Origin: Lepidodermella squamata
Taxonomy: Eukaryota; Animalia; Gastrotricha
Assembly (NCBI GenBank): GCA_047495785.1
Contig: JBLDXI010000010.1
Location: 992,001-1,056,000 of the forward strand
Length of the DNA stretch: 64,000 bases
Direction: 5' to 3'
The notes under the pieces are model-generated. The model did no database searches, was not told the origin of the DNA, and saw nothing but the letters and a program-made list of their open reading frames with translations. This document shows positions 45,909 through 59,018 of this stretch, one piece after another. A program made the position numbers and the translations under genes. Within the stretch, counting starts at the first letter, position 1, and the number at the start of each line of letters is the position of its first letter.

Positions 45909-48742
45909 ATGTTATATAGCCGCATCGCCGCCGCTGTTCTGGCACTTCCTTATTGTATACTAATTTTGAATGGGGTTCAATGTCGAAAATACCAACTGGT
46001 GTTGCCTGCAATGCTCCAAATGCAGAATTTTCCATCCTGCAACGCAACGTTTCATACTCTAGCTGGCTTAATCAATACTAAGACTGAAATACTACCAGAC
46101 TATGAACTTTCGGTCGACGCGAGGGATACAGGTTTTCCGTATGACCGTCAAAACCGTATCGTTGTCGACATCTTCGACTCACCCGTTCCTAACAACACTT
46201 TCATAGCCCCCATCATGTCCGGAGCAGATAGTCTGTGTAATGAAGTTGCTATGACTCTTCGAGCCCTCGGAGTTGTCCAGATTTCTATTGGCTGCAACGG
46301 AGCTTATATTACATCTCTCCGCAATCCTTACTACAACAATCTATACTCTGTTACAGCTCAGCTGATTCATAACAATTACGCAGCACTTGAAGCTATTAAA
46401 CAAATAGGGGCTTGGAAGAAAGTCGGTATTCTAACAACCTGGAGTAACAGGAATGGCCAGGTCGCTGCCCAGCAGCTGCAAACCCTGCTAACCTCGAACG
46501 AAGTCAATGTGGCCCAGTATCTGAGTGTATTCAACATTGCTAGTCTCACATCTGATGATTTCGCAACGCTGGCGACTGTTAGGATTATCGTCGTTGTTCT
46601 ACCGTCGGTCCCTGAGTGCATAAGGCTGATGTGTTTAGCTTACGAAAATGGCCTTACGCCACCCAAGTTCTTCTTCGTCATGGTAAATGCAGCCTGTCTA
46701 CCTGTCGTAAACGATCCGACAGTATCATCGGGTCTCTTTTGTGGTAAAAAAGCAATTGATGTCATGCTAACCGGAACATTTTTCGCTGGATCCCCGGTTG
46801 ATTCTGTGAAAGCGTTTGGTAGAAGCTCGTTGAATCAGTCTATTGCTGATTTTGACCTCGAGTTAAGGAAATATCTCGATTTTAAAATGGTCCTAGCAGA
46901 TTACTCAGCGCGTCTCAGCTGCTACGACTCCTTACTCGCAGCAATCCTGAGTCTCGATCAATCCGAGCGAGTTCTGAGATCAAATTACAATCTGTCCTTA
47001 CGAGACTTCAAGTTACATCCCCTTACGATCTACAAGGTCGTGAATGAAAGCGTGAAGAATTTACAATTCGATGGCCTTCGATCTGGCAGGATATACATGG
47101 GCGGCAACAGTGGTATGAGGGATGATCTATTCATAGGCCAAGCCGTTAACGGAAAAATCAGATACCTTTCCCAACTCGCCGTCCGGATGAAAGAAGATCC
47201 TTATTCGTCAAATTTTCCGCCTTATGAATACATCGTGATGAACTCACCAGTCTGGCCGACGAAAACGGCCAAGCCTCCAAAAGATCTCAGTGAAATCGAA
47301 ATCGATTGGAATATTTGCAACCAAGGTACCATAATTTGGGTTGCGGTTATAGCAGGGCTTGTTTTCATTGTCGAAACGGCTATTTATGTTAAATCAATTT
47401 CAAAAGAATGTGCGCCGTTCTTTGGGAAAGCGAAGCAAACGTTAATTTTTGCTTGCTGCATGCTACTCAATGCATCTGGATTGTACTTGGTGTTAGGACT
47501 GAGCAATCTTTCTTCAATGGACTGCCGGGTCGTTTCGGTTCTAACAGTTCTAGGGCTTACTCCTATTCATGCAGTTATATTTGCTCAAATCGTTGCTTAC
47601 AGCCGTTTCCTTCGCTTTGGGAATGTCCCGCCCGATGATCTGGCTGGCATGTTTGAATTTCTAGCTAATAGGAATCCGGATACTAACAACATCCAGGCGA
47701 TTCTAACGAGCGTCATGAGGCAGAAGAGTTCGAACCGGCTGATCAGCTCTCAGATATCCTTAATAATCCTCATTCTTAGTCAACTCACTGTTAACCCGTT
47801 ACTCATTTGGATTGGGTTCGATCCGCTGAATCTCACGATTTTTACAACCGAAGTTATGACTGACGATTATGATGGGAGATCCTACGTCATTAAGACGCCT
47901 AATTGCCAGTCAGAGACAGGAAATTACTGGATTATAGCCCTCCTGGGATTCCAGTTCCTCATCATGGTTGCAGCTACATACGGGCGCCGTCGTTCACAAA
48001 TTCGAAAAACTGAGAAATTTTCAACACAATGGTTGCCCCCTTAAAAATTACGATTTCGCAATAAAAAACACAACCCAGTAGGTAATCGATGACGCTCTGC
48101 ACACTGGTTACCGATTTTTCTCTCAATTAGCTAACCGTAACCGGCAATTAGCGAAAAATGAAAATATTTGAATCGAAGTGTTTATCAACTCATTTCTAGG
48201 GTTAAAAAATTCCCTGATTCCGAAAATCACATTTTCAACTAAAAATTCGGCAATTTAATTTTTTTCATGTCATTTAGGCCCAATTTTCGACGAGTTAGAC
48301 ATGTAATAAAAATCTGGAAAATTCACCAAAATGTGCGGCTCAAAAAGTTACTAAGTAGACCTGTTTTCAGCGTTCTAGAATGATTTTTAAGGATGGTGAC
48401 CATTGTCTCAAATGACAAAAATTTTGTGAAAAACATTTGTGAACGACGGCGCACGTATGTAATGTTTTATGCATGGTTCGTGGATCCATGAAGAATACAT
48501 CAAGCAAGGCAATGCACTTTTGCAAGGTGATGCGAATCGCGGCTGCTCATTCGATTATTTCTATTACCGTGGTAGTTTTGATTATGCTAATTCTGATCAA
48601 CTCACAGAATGCATGTGCGAGAAATTCTTTTCTCGGCGTCAGTTTCATGTTCTACTCAATTACCATGGCTTGCATTTTCTTGATAATGCCCTCTGTCTAC
48701 TTGAAACAGAGGCAGTCATCAGCCGCAGCTATCATCACATGA
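45909..48742 (+). pseudogene. GABA-B-like class C GPCR disrupted at the end of TM5 by a MITE
   Basis: Joining 45909-47976 to 48462-48742 restores a 782-aa ORF colinear with the 781-aa paralog at 60358 (VAANVLCM vs VAANVICM). With the insertion, translation stops at 48044 and lacks TM6-7. Confidence 0.88.
47977..48459. mobile_element. 483-bp MITE, Tc1/mariner-type (TA TSD)
   Basis: 25-bp TIR CATACG(G/T)GCGCCGTCGTTCACAAAT, 24/25 match. TA duplicated at 47975-47976 and 48460-48461; the empty site is inferred from the paralog. Confidence 0.92.
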
Positions 48743-48889
48743 ATTCGTTTTCACAATAGCTATGGAAATTGTGCATTGTAAGGTAAAGGGTGTTCTGTTT
48801 TCTGTTTGAAACTGAAAACTTCCGTCTACACATTTTCTTAATTACGTTATTTTATTTTTATTTTTATGTCAGTCATTTTTATTAATAAA

Positions 48890-49229
48890 TGACCGGAAAC
48901 AAGTGAAAAGTGGGGTTTGGCGAATTTTCTGTATTTTCCAGCAAATCGCAAAAAGAATGTTCACTTGAAGAAGACTTCCTACTCAGTTTTTCTCGATGAG
49001 TTTACATTTTTTAATTTCCGACCTTGATCCAACTAACAACTCAATTTGTCAAGCGCGCATTCTCTAAACTTAGAAACCCAATTTTTGAAGCCTATTTTCT
49101 CAGCAACTCTGATGAATATCAACCCATTTTTGTACCGTTCGACTCCTCGTTAATAGATCTTGAAAGCGGCATGAAAATCTGACCATGTCAAAAATTCGCT
49201 AAACCCCACTTTTCACTTGCTACCGGTCA
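48890..49229. mobile_element. 340-bp MITE
   Basis: TIR of about 39 bp: TGACCGGAAACAAGTGAAAAGTGGGGTTTGGCGAATTTT vs (rc) TGACCGGTAGCAAGTGAAAAGTGGGGTTTAGCGAATTTT. Superfamily not assigned. Confidence 0.75.
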
Positions 49230-50518
49230 CATATTTTGTTGCGTTGCGACCCTTTCACGCGATCATTGCCGTCCTGCGCTCTACAGGTCCCTCGGAGGTA
49301 ATCTGCGGTTCCAAGAATGTGCTTTTTAAAATCGTCTCCATTAAGCCTAAAGCTATTTGTATTTCCGACGCCTGGCGTGAAATTCAGTGTTCAGCTTGTG
49401 CGTTGTTTACTTTACAAGGAAGGAAGGAGGATCCTCGAAGTGTATGGGTAATTTCAGCCCCGAATTTTTCCGACGAAAAGTTGAGGTTTTTTGGATTCCC
49501 GAAATTTAGGCCGACGTAAAAAAATGTACATTTAAGGTGACTGCGCACTAATAATTGTATTTGAACGATGCTGAGCATTGTTTGGTAGGGGTCGATATCT
49601 CGGTCCTTCTGATGCTTTGCCAGGCTTATTTAATGCTTGCGTGATTCTGTTTGAATCATCGCAGAAAATTGTAAACCGAAATTTAGAAACGACCTAGCCT
49701 GATTCAACCTGATACCTATTATTCGAAGCTGCTGTATTTTTCTTAAGACGAAGTTTTAGCTTCATTAAGCATTCAACTTGGATATGACGTCAGTATGGAC
49801 AATATTTTTTTGTAAATATTCTAGGTATTGTCTATGTGCGCACTGTTTTTGACAACCAGGCCTTGGCTACGTTATGCAAAACATCCGTGATGTGCCTGGT
49901 AAATGGATGATTTTTCAGCTCAACACTGGCCAAATAGCTATTCGATAATCAATTTCGCATTGTTTGTTTAAACTTGACGCAACACTTGTGAATTCATGAC
50001 GATCGATCTGCTAAAGGACGGACGTGTTTTTTCAAGCCACATTCTTCACCAAATTTAACCTAGTTTTAAATCTCTTGCTATCGGAAGTTTTTGTTGAGGA
50101 TTGATGAGGTAACGCTCTGATGCCTTCATTTGGGATGAGACTACAAAGTGTGGATGAAGGTTTTCGAAATTTCAAAAGACTGCAGCCACCGGGCGATCTA
50201 TCTAAAGGCTTCCTATTCCTTATTCACATGGAGCTGAACAGACAGATCATCGGTAGATCGTTTTGAGCCCGGAACTGTGAAAATCTCATTTTCAATTTTG
50301 TATGGACAAAATACTTTTGGCCGCACCGACGACAAAATGTTAACCCAAATATTTGTTTCCCAGTAGTCCGTTATGAATAAATTTACCAAAGCAATGACGC
50401 AATCGAACGTCGGGGTAGTTGGCGCTTGACTCTTAATCATTAATAACTTACACGTGTCTCGTCGATATAATAACGATGTTATAACACTCAATTCTCAACA
50501 CATTGTTCAGAGTGAAAA

Positions 50519-53500
50519 ATGCGGGCTATCTTGTTCTTGGTATCTTCAATACTCTGCAGGGTATCCAGCGTCGATTATGATACAGGCTTCATTCAATATC
50601 AACTTCGCCTCCAACCCGGAATTGTTGCCTATTGGCCCCTAACAACGTATTACAAGACGCGAGATGCCCTCGAAGTAGCAAACGGAGTATCAAACACAGA
50701 GCCTCCTACTTTCGGCCAAGGTCCTTACGGTTCCTCAAGCTCAGCGATTCAAGTTGACTGTCTGAATCAGCATTGGGTAACCATGCAGTCGTCAATTTTG
50801 GATGAGGGCAACACTTCGTGGAGCTTTGCGGCATGGGTCAAGACTGAGTTCAATGGCGCCATGCCCCTACTGGAGTATGCCCCATTCAAGACACATATGT
50901 GGCAGTTCGATGCAGTCGATAGGTTGTACATCAACGCTACTCCCGCGGGTGGTTGGATCCCATGCGTAATGAATAATACGTGGACATTTGTCGGATTCAC
51001 CTACGACTCGCTGGCGTCCAAGATTAATCTGTTTTGCAGCACAACTTCAGGACCTAAATGGCCGTCTCCTACTCCTCCAGTTATATCGGACACGTTGGGG
51101 ATCGGCTATCGGTAACCTTTTGTTAAGGCCCAGCTTAGATTGCATCTAATCTAATCTATTTACATCAAAAGCTCCGGAATCACGGATTCTGTCGCTAAAT
51201 TTGCTTGCGTTTCGCTACATAAAGCAACGTTGAGTGACGCTCAATTCTTAGCGCTCAAATCAACTTGCAAACTTTTCATCCGTAAGAGATATTTTCAAAT
51301 AATGATTTAAGTTATCCCTGAATTTAACCCAGCCGATTGTCCAACTCAATGCATGAATGGTGGAACGTGCGCTGCTAACAATGTGTGCGACTGCCCAACT
51401 GGATTTGCAGGAGCTCTATGCGAGTTGAGTGAGTTTCCTTGCAAATAGGAAAGCAACGGCTCTCTATTTCATTTTCTCAAAACAGTCGCTACCGATAAAG
51501 AAATAATCGCATCGAAATTGAGCGACATGCCTGGGTTGGTTGCCTACTGGCCGCTGACAAGCGAATACGCCGCGACGGATATGTCACCGAACAAAATCCA
51601 CGGAAAACCTACAATGTATTTGACATACGACACTGGTCCTTTCGATAACAAGGTGGCTTTATCTGTGAGCGGTCTGACTACCTCAAGCTACATTGTCACA
51701 AAATCGGCTTTGCTGAACTTCAACACCAGCTCGTGGACCCTTTCGTTGTATATAAACGCAGTAACAAACTGGCACCCCCTTCTTGAATTTCTAAACCCGA
51801 CCACGCCTGAGGTTAACTATGGTATGCATCTATGGTATCAGAATAAGGATGACACACTGTGGTTCAACGGTATGAATCCTAATAGTGGCCTTCAAGTATC
51901 TTGCGTCGTTAAGAATAAATGGACATTTGTTGCTGTAACTTGGAATAATGTTACGAAATTGCTGCAAATCTTTTGCGATGAATCCTATATAGCCACAACG
52001 TATGGTCCCACAGCTGGACCACCTATAACGTCAGATACTCTTTACTTTGGACGAAGGTTAGCTTATATTGAGAATATTGAGCTTGGCTCATAAGCGTTCT
52101 TCCAATTTTCAGCTCGATAGATACGACTAAAGTGTTTGATGGCAAAATGGCCTGCGTTTCAGTATATTCAAAGTCACTGAATGCGAATGAGATGCTGCAG
52201 ACCCGGGAACTATGCAAGCTTTTCACAGGTAACATGTTTTTATTGCCATTTTGAGAAACTAACACAAATTATATTCAGTCTCTTGTTCGCCTGACTACTG
52301 CAAAAACGGAGGAACTTGTGTTGGGGCGAATATCTGCAAGTGCCCCTCACCGTTTGCATCTCCAAGATGCGACACTCGTAAGATATCAAGTCGAAGAAGA
52401 ATAGCGCATATTCGAGACATTATATTTTAGTTCCAATCAACAAGAAAGTCATAAGTGACACATTGGCTGGCTACACTGATCTTGTTGCCTATTGGCCTTT
52501 GACTTATGAATACGGTGCCAGAGACGCATCAGCGAATAAGATTGACGGTATGATGACACGGGACTACGCCTTTGCAGTAGGACCCTATGGGCGGGATGCT
52601 TCAGCTATGGCTTTTGACAAAGCCCTTTCTCCTCGGCGATACGCAGTCGCAAAATCAGCCAAATTGAATATCGGAGCAAAATCATGGTCGATAGCCATGT
52701 GGGTTAACATGGCCAGTGCAATTGACGTTGATATATTCATCGAGTTCGAGAAGGCCCCGACAGTTACTGCAAGTTATGGGATGCATTTAGGACGAGCACC
52801 AGGGGCGGTGGCTGATTCGTCCGGGTTTAACTCGATGGCCCCGAATGGCGGTGTCGGTGCTAGCATCATGCCTTGCGCAATGGTTAACAAATGGACGTTT
52901 CTTGCGGTGACATACAACTCAACAACAGGCAACATGAGAACTCTATGCAACGACTGGTGGAGCGACGTGAATAAACCGCTAGGAACCCCCTTAACTTCGG
53001 ATACAGTTAACATTGGAATTCTACGACCAATAAATCTCGGAAGCACAGGATCCATTTCGTGCATCTCAGTATTAACAAAAGAGATGGGTGCAGCTGAGCT
53101 GTTGAAAGTCCGCGATTTGTGTCGAATGTTTTCAGGTGAGGCATTTCTTTCGTGACACTGATTTTTCTAATTTCACCATGCAGTCGAGTGTAAAATACCT
53201 TGCTACAATGGTGGATCGTGTGTTGGTTACAACCTCTGCCTTTGTGCGGCAGGGTATACTGGCGAATCTTGCGGGACGGGTGAGAAAAAGTTGTCATACA
53301 TTTTCGAATCAATTTAATTATTTTGTGATTATAGCGATCGAGCTTGATATATCGGCACAGGCAAAGTTGGCTCTATTGCCGAGTGTGATGGCTTACTGGC
53401 CTCTGGGAGCCGATTATCGAGCTAGAGATGCTAGTTCTTCAAAAATCGGTGGCTGGTTTGCCCTAGCCCCATCATTCAATACTGGTCTGCTGGGAGCTTC

Positions 53501-56500
53501 TTATGGATCTTTCATAACAGATGGAAACGCAAAACAATACATTGGCTTCGACGACGACCGTTTAGCCCTGAAAGCCTCTTGGACGGTGGCTCTGTTCGTT
53601 CATGTTCTTGCGGATAACAGCATGCCGCTTATTGAATGGAGTAGGCCGGATACTAATTGGGCGGTCCATTTATGGCAGGATGGCAGTGCAAACCGTCTCT
53701 ACTTGGGTCCACCGTTCTTCAACATGACGTGTTCAATGAGAGGAGGCTGGCAATTTTTGGCTGCTACTTATGACGCGACCAGCCAAAACCATTCGTTATT
53801 TTGCAACAATTCTTTCGGAGCTTTTCGAGTGGCGGCCTCTCAATTCACAAATATCACAACCATGCAAATTGGTTTCAGGTTTGCGCCGTGTCAAAATGTA
53901 TAGTATATATTTCACCTTGATGCGTTTTTCATTAGGAGATTCCAAGATGGAAAATCGAAGGCGAAATTCGCCTGCGCTTCTTATCACAACATCGCTCTAA
54001 ATACCAATCAACTGTTGCAAGTCAAAGATACCTGCCAGTATTTCCATAGTGAGTTCAAAGCTACAATGCTTGCGTTTCGAGTAATGGATTGTACTATGCA
54101 TAGTTCAATGTTCACCGCAGTGCCAAAATGGAGGCACTTGCGTCCGTTTCAATCTCTGCAACTGCCCCAGTGGCTTCACTGGGGAACGATGCGGATTATG
54201 TAAGCTCACAAAATACCTGTTGAATATTGATATTCACTGTGAGGTATTATTCAGCGTTGAGTGCGTCTACGAAGATTCAAGTCGCTGTAAATTCACTGAG
54301 CGATCTAGTCGGTTTCTGGCCTCTCACCGCGGAGTATGGAGCTAGAGATGCCTCGACAATAACAGCTCTGGACGGTCGATTCTCGACCCCAGCTGTTGAA
54401 TGGATCACCGGCCCATTTGGGGTTCCAAATACCGGTTTCCAATCAGGTTTCGGTCCCGATGGGGGTGTGGCTAATCGGTATTTCCAGGTCGCTTCCAGCG
54501 AAGTGAATTTTGACACGTCAACCTCTTACACGGCGGCATTTTTTGTTTACGCACTGAAAAATTACGACGGAGCTGTCATGTTCCAATTCACTAGGCTTGA
54601 TAATTCCTTCGGTTTTCACTTGGAACACATCAATCCCAACCAGATGTGGATGGATTTTATGAAAGATGATCAGAACTGGGAAACGTATTGCGTGATTAAT
54701 CAAGGCTGGCAATTTGTTGCATTCGTATATGACCAACCTTCGAACGAAGGCCGATTCTTCTGCAACGACTCCTTTGCTGCATCTGAAATGAGTTTTGACA
54801 CCACCCCAACAACAGCCAAAATATTTGTTTTAGGGGCCAGGTAAGCTGGTAATTGATTGGTAATTAGTAATTGAGCTACACTGACATAACATTTCAGGCC
54901 ACCGGCTGCAACTGTGTTTTCGAGCTACTCGTGCCTATCATTATACAAGTCGAGCCTGGATACCAGCCAGCTTCTGAACGTTAAGGATTTATGTCAATCT
55001 TCCGCTAGTAATTTTATTGGTTTAACATTATTCTGGAGTTACCATTATCCCTCCGCAGTTACGTGCAACCCTTCTTGTAAGAATGGCGGATCATGCGTCG
55101 GCTACAATAAATGTGACTGCCCGCCAGGTTACACCGGCTCCATTTGTGAAACGGGTAAGTTCAAATGGTGTTAGCATAATACATAATCTATACAATTTTT
55201 CCAGCTACGTGTAATCCAAGTTGCCAGAATGGCGGTACGTGCGATGGCTTGACCAAAACCTGCAATTGCACAGCTTACTACAACGGAAGTAGCTGCGAGA
55301 CACGTGAGTTTGGGGCCAGTTCTATATTTAGTTTCGTGATAAATCTCAATTCCTCTCTAGCTATCTGCATCCCAGATTGTAGCAACGGTGGAACGTGCCT
55401 AGTAGGTAACACTTGCAAATGTCCAACTACCTTCGGTGGCCCAAAATGCGATGATTGTAAATTGATGATTTAATCTAGAAATACTTCAATTATACTTATT
55501 GTTTATGCAGATGTTTGCACACCGCCTTGCCCTGCTGTTGCTAGCTGCTCAGGCCCCAACGTTTGCACTCCGTATTCGAATCAGTCCTTATGTACTAAAG
55601 TCAAAACTGACATTGGCCCTTCTTGCAAAACCTGGAAAGATCAAGGTCAGTGCCTGTCAAATCCGGGATTCATGTGGCCGTCCTGTCAAGTCAGCTGCAC
55701 GGTCTATGCTACTTGCGAATGCGATGTCGACCCGCGAATGCCAGTCGATTACAACTGCACGTGCGGAGATTGGGCCTCCACTGGTGCCTGCGAGAATGAC
55801 CCAAGCGGACAAGCGCAAGCCAGTTGTTTCTACACATGTGGTCGCAGACTAAGTCTGTGATATCTTTATTGATCGCACTCTCCAATTTCTTTTAAACCAG
55901 ACCCTCTGAACAATTGCTCGAGTGTTCCGAAAACAGAGCTTGCTCCAAACTCCAGTTGGATCTTGTCAGCTCCTCCATTGTCATCTTTCAAGGGAATGGC
56001 AGGTTACATGCAGTCAGCCATAATGACATGCGATAGCGGTTTCACGGCAGCATCTGCTGCAGACACCGCTATGCACATTTGCGATCCTTTCAATCCCAAT
56101 CCAGCAAATGGCAACTGGTTCCAAGTGAACCCAAACAAGCCAAAGTGTTTATCAGAAGTGTGTCCAGATCCTCCCAATTTACCTTCTGCGACCTACGTGA
56201 ATTTCACGAACGATTACTATCACAGAGGAGATCGGGTGAAGTACATATGTAATCCTGGCTTCAACATGACTGGTTCGAAAAGCGGAGAGGCTTATTGTAG
56301 CTTCAAGCCTCCAACTGGCTGGTCCTGGGTCGATGGAACCCCTCAGTGCCAATGTAATAATGCATTCTTTGATGGGAGGAACATGCTAATTTTTAATTAA
56401 TAGTGCCACCGTGCAAAGGCTTTGCTGATGGGATAAATACATACCACAACGTGTCTGGTAACTACACTGGCGGAATCGCTACATTTAATTGTTTGAAAGG

Positions 56501-57592
56501 CTTCAAGCCAAGCGTTGATTTTGAGTATTTCGTCAAAACATGCCAAAAAAACGGAACGTGGACACCTATCGGACAGCCCCAATGTTCAGGTAGAAACAAA
56601 GATCCAACCTTATTGAGTGTATTTTATATATTTTGCGATAGTTGTTACTTGTGGTGACCCGAATGCTGAGGCCAATGCGTTTCTTGAAGGCACTAAAACT
56701 GGGACTTACTTGTACGGCGATCAAGTAACGATGAGATGCGTGAAAGGAGCAAACAGCCTATACATTGAGCCCGGAACGGAGTCGACTCCTCGCAAATCTG
56801 TCGTAAATAGTTGCCTTGACTCAGGTGTTTGGTCAACAAATTCATTAGCTTGTTTATGTAAGGAAATTTGATGAATATCACATTTGAGAATGAAGGACAA
56901 TTGATTTAGTGGTAAGCTGCGAAATTCCAGCTACTTTCGAGATTGCTAATTACCGAATAATGAACACATCGTCTGAAATTCAAACAGTCGTTTACGACGA
57001 GATAGTTTCATTCGAATGTGATTGGAATCGAGGGTTTGAGCCCAGCAGGAACCAATCCAGCACCGTAGTGAACTGGCGTTGTAACGAGAATGCAACCTGG
57101 GACAAGCAGCCTTTGTATTGCTCTCAAAGTGCTCTTCTAACTGCACCAAAACCTGTAAAGGTCGTGGCCTATGAATCTGCGACTGCAGTTGCAACTGCTT
57201 CCATGGTCTTGGCGATATGTGGATTCTTCCTTGCGATTATCGTTTGCTTGGATTACATGACGTTGGGTAGAGACTTGGGTCGTCTGCGGCACAACTTCAA
57301 ACACTTTCTGAAGCGGATACGTGATGCTAGTCGTGTTAAAGAGTTGCACCAATTAAGGGTCAAATTACGTAACAAACAAGCTGTGGATAATTACCTCCAG
57401 CACGTCGAGACTGTCAAAGAGGCGCAAAAGTTAAATACAGCAGGATTTCTCGGTTATCGAAATTTCGAAGGTCAACTGGTTGCAAACCCACTGCATGATG
57501 GCTCCTTACGGCGGTTATCAGGCGACCTATCCAAACGCCGGCTATCGCGTGTTGAAGGCGGAATGGATATACCAGAACAGAAATTACGCTAG
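50519..57592 (+). CDS. Large type I membrane protein: five LamG/pentraxin-like domains each followed by EGF, extra EGFs, 2 ShKT-like, 5 sushi/CCP, TM, cytoplasmic tail
   Basis: Signal peptide [17 protein letters not shown]. Five (V/M)(A/G)(Y/F)WPL...W(T/Q)F(V/L)x(F/V/A)...C modules and CxNGGxC...CxCxxG(F/Y)xGxxC EGF exons. ShKT-like [25 protein letters not shown] and [13 protein letters not shown]...SCFYTC. Five C...C...C...W...C CCP units; [23 protein letters not shown]. More than 20 short introns; not every junction was checked. Confidence 0.87.
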
Positions 57593-58295
57593 CATAACAT
57601 TATTGAGATACTTTGTTGTGCTCTCAGAGGAGAGATGTGTGTTTTCGTTTCGTAGGGCTTAGTGGTGAAGCGTCCGCTGTGCTTTCTCCGAAAGTCAGTG
57701 GTTCGCCTCTAAGTCACGTCGCGGGTGTAAGTGAGCAGAGCATTTGACGCCTACTACTCAGGCTGAGTGGCAGCAATACCCTCCGTCGTCGATCCTTGTC
57801 ACCAAATCATCTCGGTCAGCAATAACCGAGCGAAGCCGCACGGCACTCGTACAAGTCGGTATGGTGCCAATGGAGCTTGCAGTTTCGCACTGTGCAAACG
57901 TTCTATGGTACAAAAGATGGACGCCGTCACGGACAGCAATACCCGTCAATCTTCAACATCACACCCTCTGGTTCACACCCTATCGCTGCGACCCGACATC
58001 CTCTGCTTTCGGCCAGCAATAGTCACTAGATTATCACTCACTCCCGCAGCTTAACTCCCGCAGAACAAATTTTGTTCTTCGCTTCAAAACTACTCCATTC
58101 TTAGCATTCTTAGCTTATTTTGATATCGATTGGGCCGAACGGCTGAATCCTCATTTACTCGTCCCATTTAAGCTTGGCATAATCCTTGGCATAATCCTTG
58201 GCATTAATAAAATTATGAGAAAGTATGAAACATTTTCTAAGTAATAATTTGCAAAATGTTTATGAAAGTTTTTTTTACATTTGACGAAGTACATA

Positions 58296-59018
58296 TTATA
58301 AGAAACTTTCAATCTCATCATTCTTCATCCTGACCTTTAGATTTTTCTTCATCTTCAAGTAGATGAGAACACCGGCGACAACTCCTCCGAGGACTAAGCC
58401 TATGACGCAGCCAATGATGCCGCCAATGATCCAAGGTTGCCCGCCACAGTCACTTGACGAGGATCCCGAATCCTGGTCAGAACTAACTGCCTCTGTGGTA
58501 GCTCCCGATCCACTGGTGCTACCACCACTGGAACTTTTTGTAATCCATTTCGTTATGCCAGTTTTAATCGTGTATTTTCCACACACCCCTTGCAGTTGGT
58601 ATAACTCACACAAACTCCAGGGTGGACATTCGTATACTTGAGTGATTGTTGATTCCTGCTCAAATGATGATGCATCCACTGTGCGCCAGCTGACAGAATC
58701 TCCCGCCATAATCGTAACTTTCGATGTAAAGATCTCCTTCATTGTCATCCCTACTTCGGTAGTAATTGAACCACACTGACGTTTCTTGTATACGCTCGGT
58801 TAGCCTGTGGTTTGAACCTGGTGCCACAGATGACGCTTTGGTTGTAAATAGTTGCTAGAACAATAAAAAATAATGCTACAATACAGTGAGATTGAGAAGA
58901 TACGCACGGCGGTGCTGTTAGTGAACAAATTGTTCACATTTTTTGTCTGTCGAGAGCACGCGGCCCCGGCAAAAATCAAGAAAGAAATAGTTCTGCGAAT
59001 GATAGAGTTAATATTCAT
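58296..59018 (-). pseudogene. Signal peptide + aerolysin/ETX-like beta-strand domain + Ser/Gly linker + TM; apparent 2-nt frameshift near 58773
   Basis: Exon 1 (59018 to about 58904) MNINSIIRRTISFLIFAGAACS...NSTAV, then a ~50-bp intron, then PTIYNQSVICGT...TRNVS. After a frameshift (AGT GT GGT): GSITTEVGMTMKEIFTSKVTIMAGDSVSWRTVDASSFEQESTITQVYECPPWSLCELYQLQGVCGKYTIKT and TM WIIGGIIGCVIGLVLGGVVAGVLIYL-KMKK. Confidence 0.55.

Noticed and set aside
48473-48742. Stand-alone 89-aa membrane protein
   Set aside because: It is the TM6-TM7 remainder of the interrupted GPCR.
57744-58054. Short ORFs downstream of the LamG gene
   Set aside because: No recognisable motif, start context or splice support.
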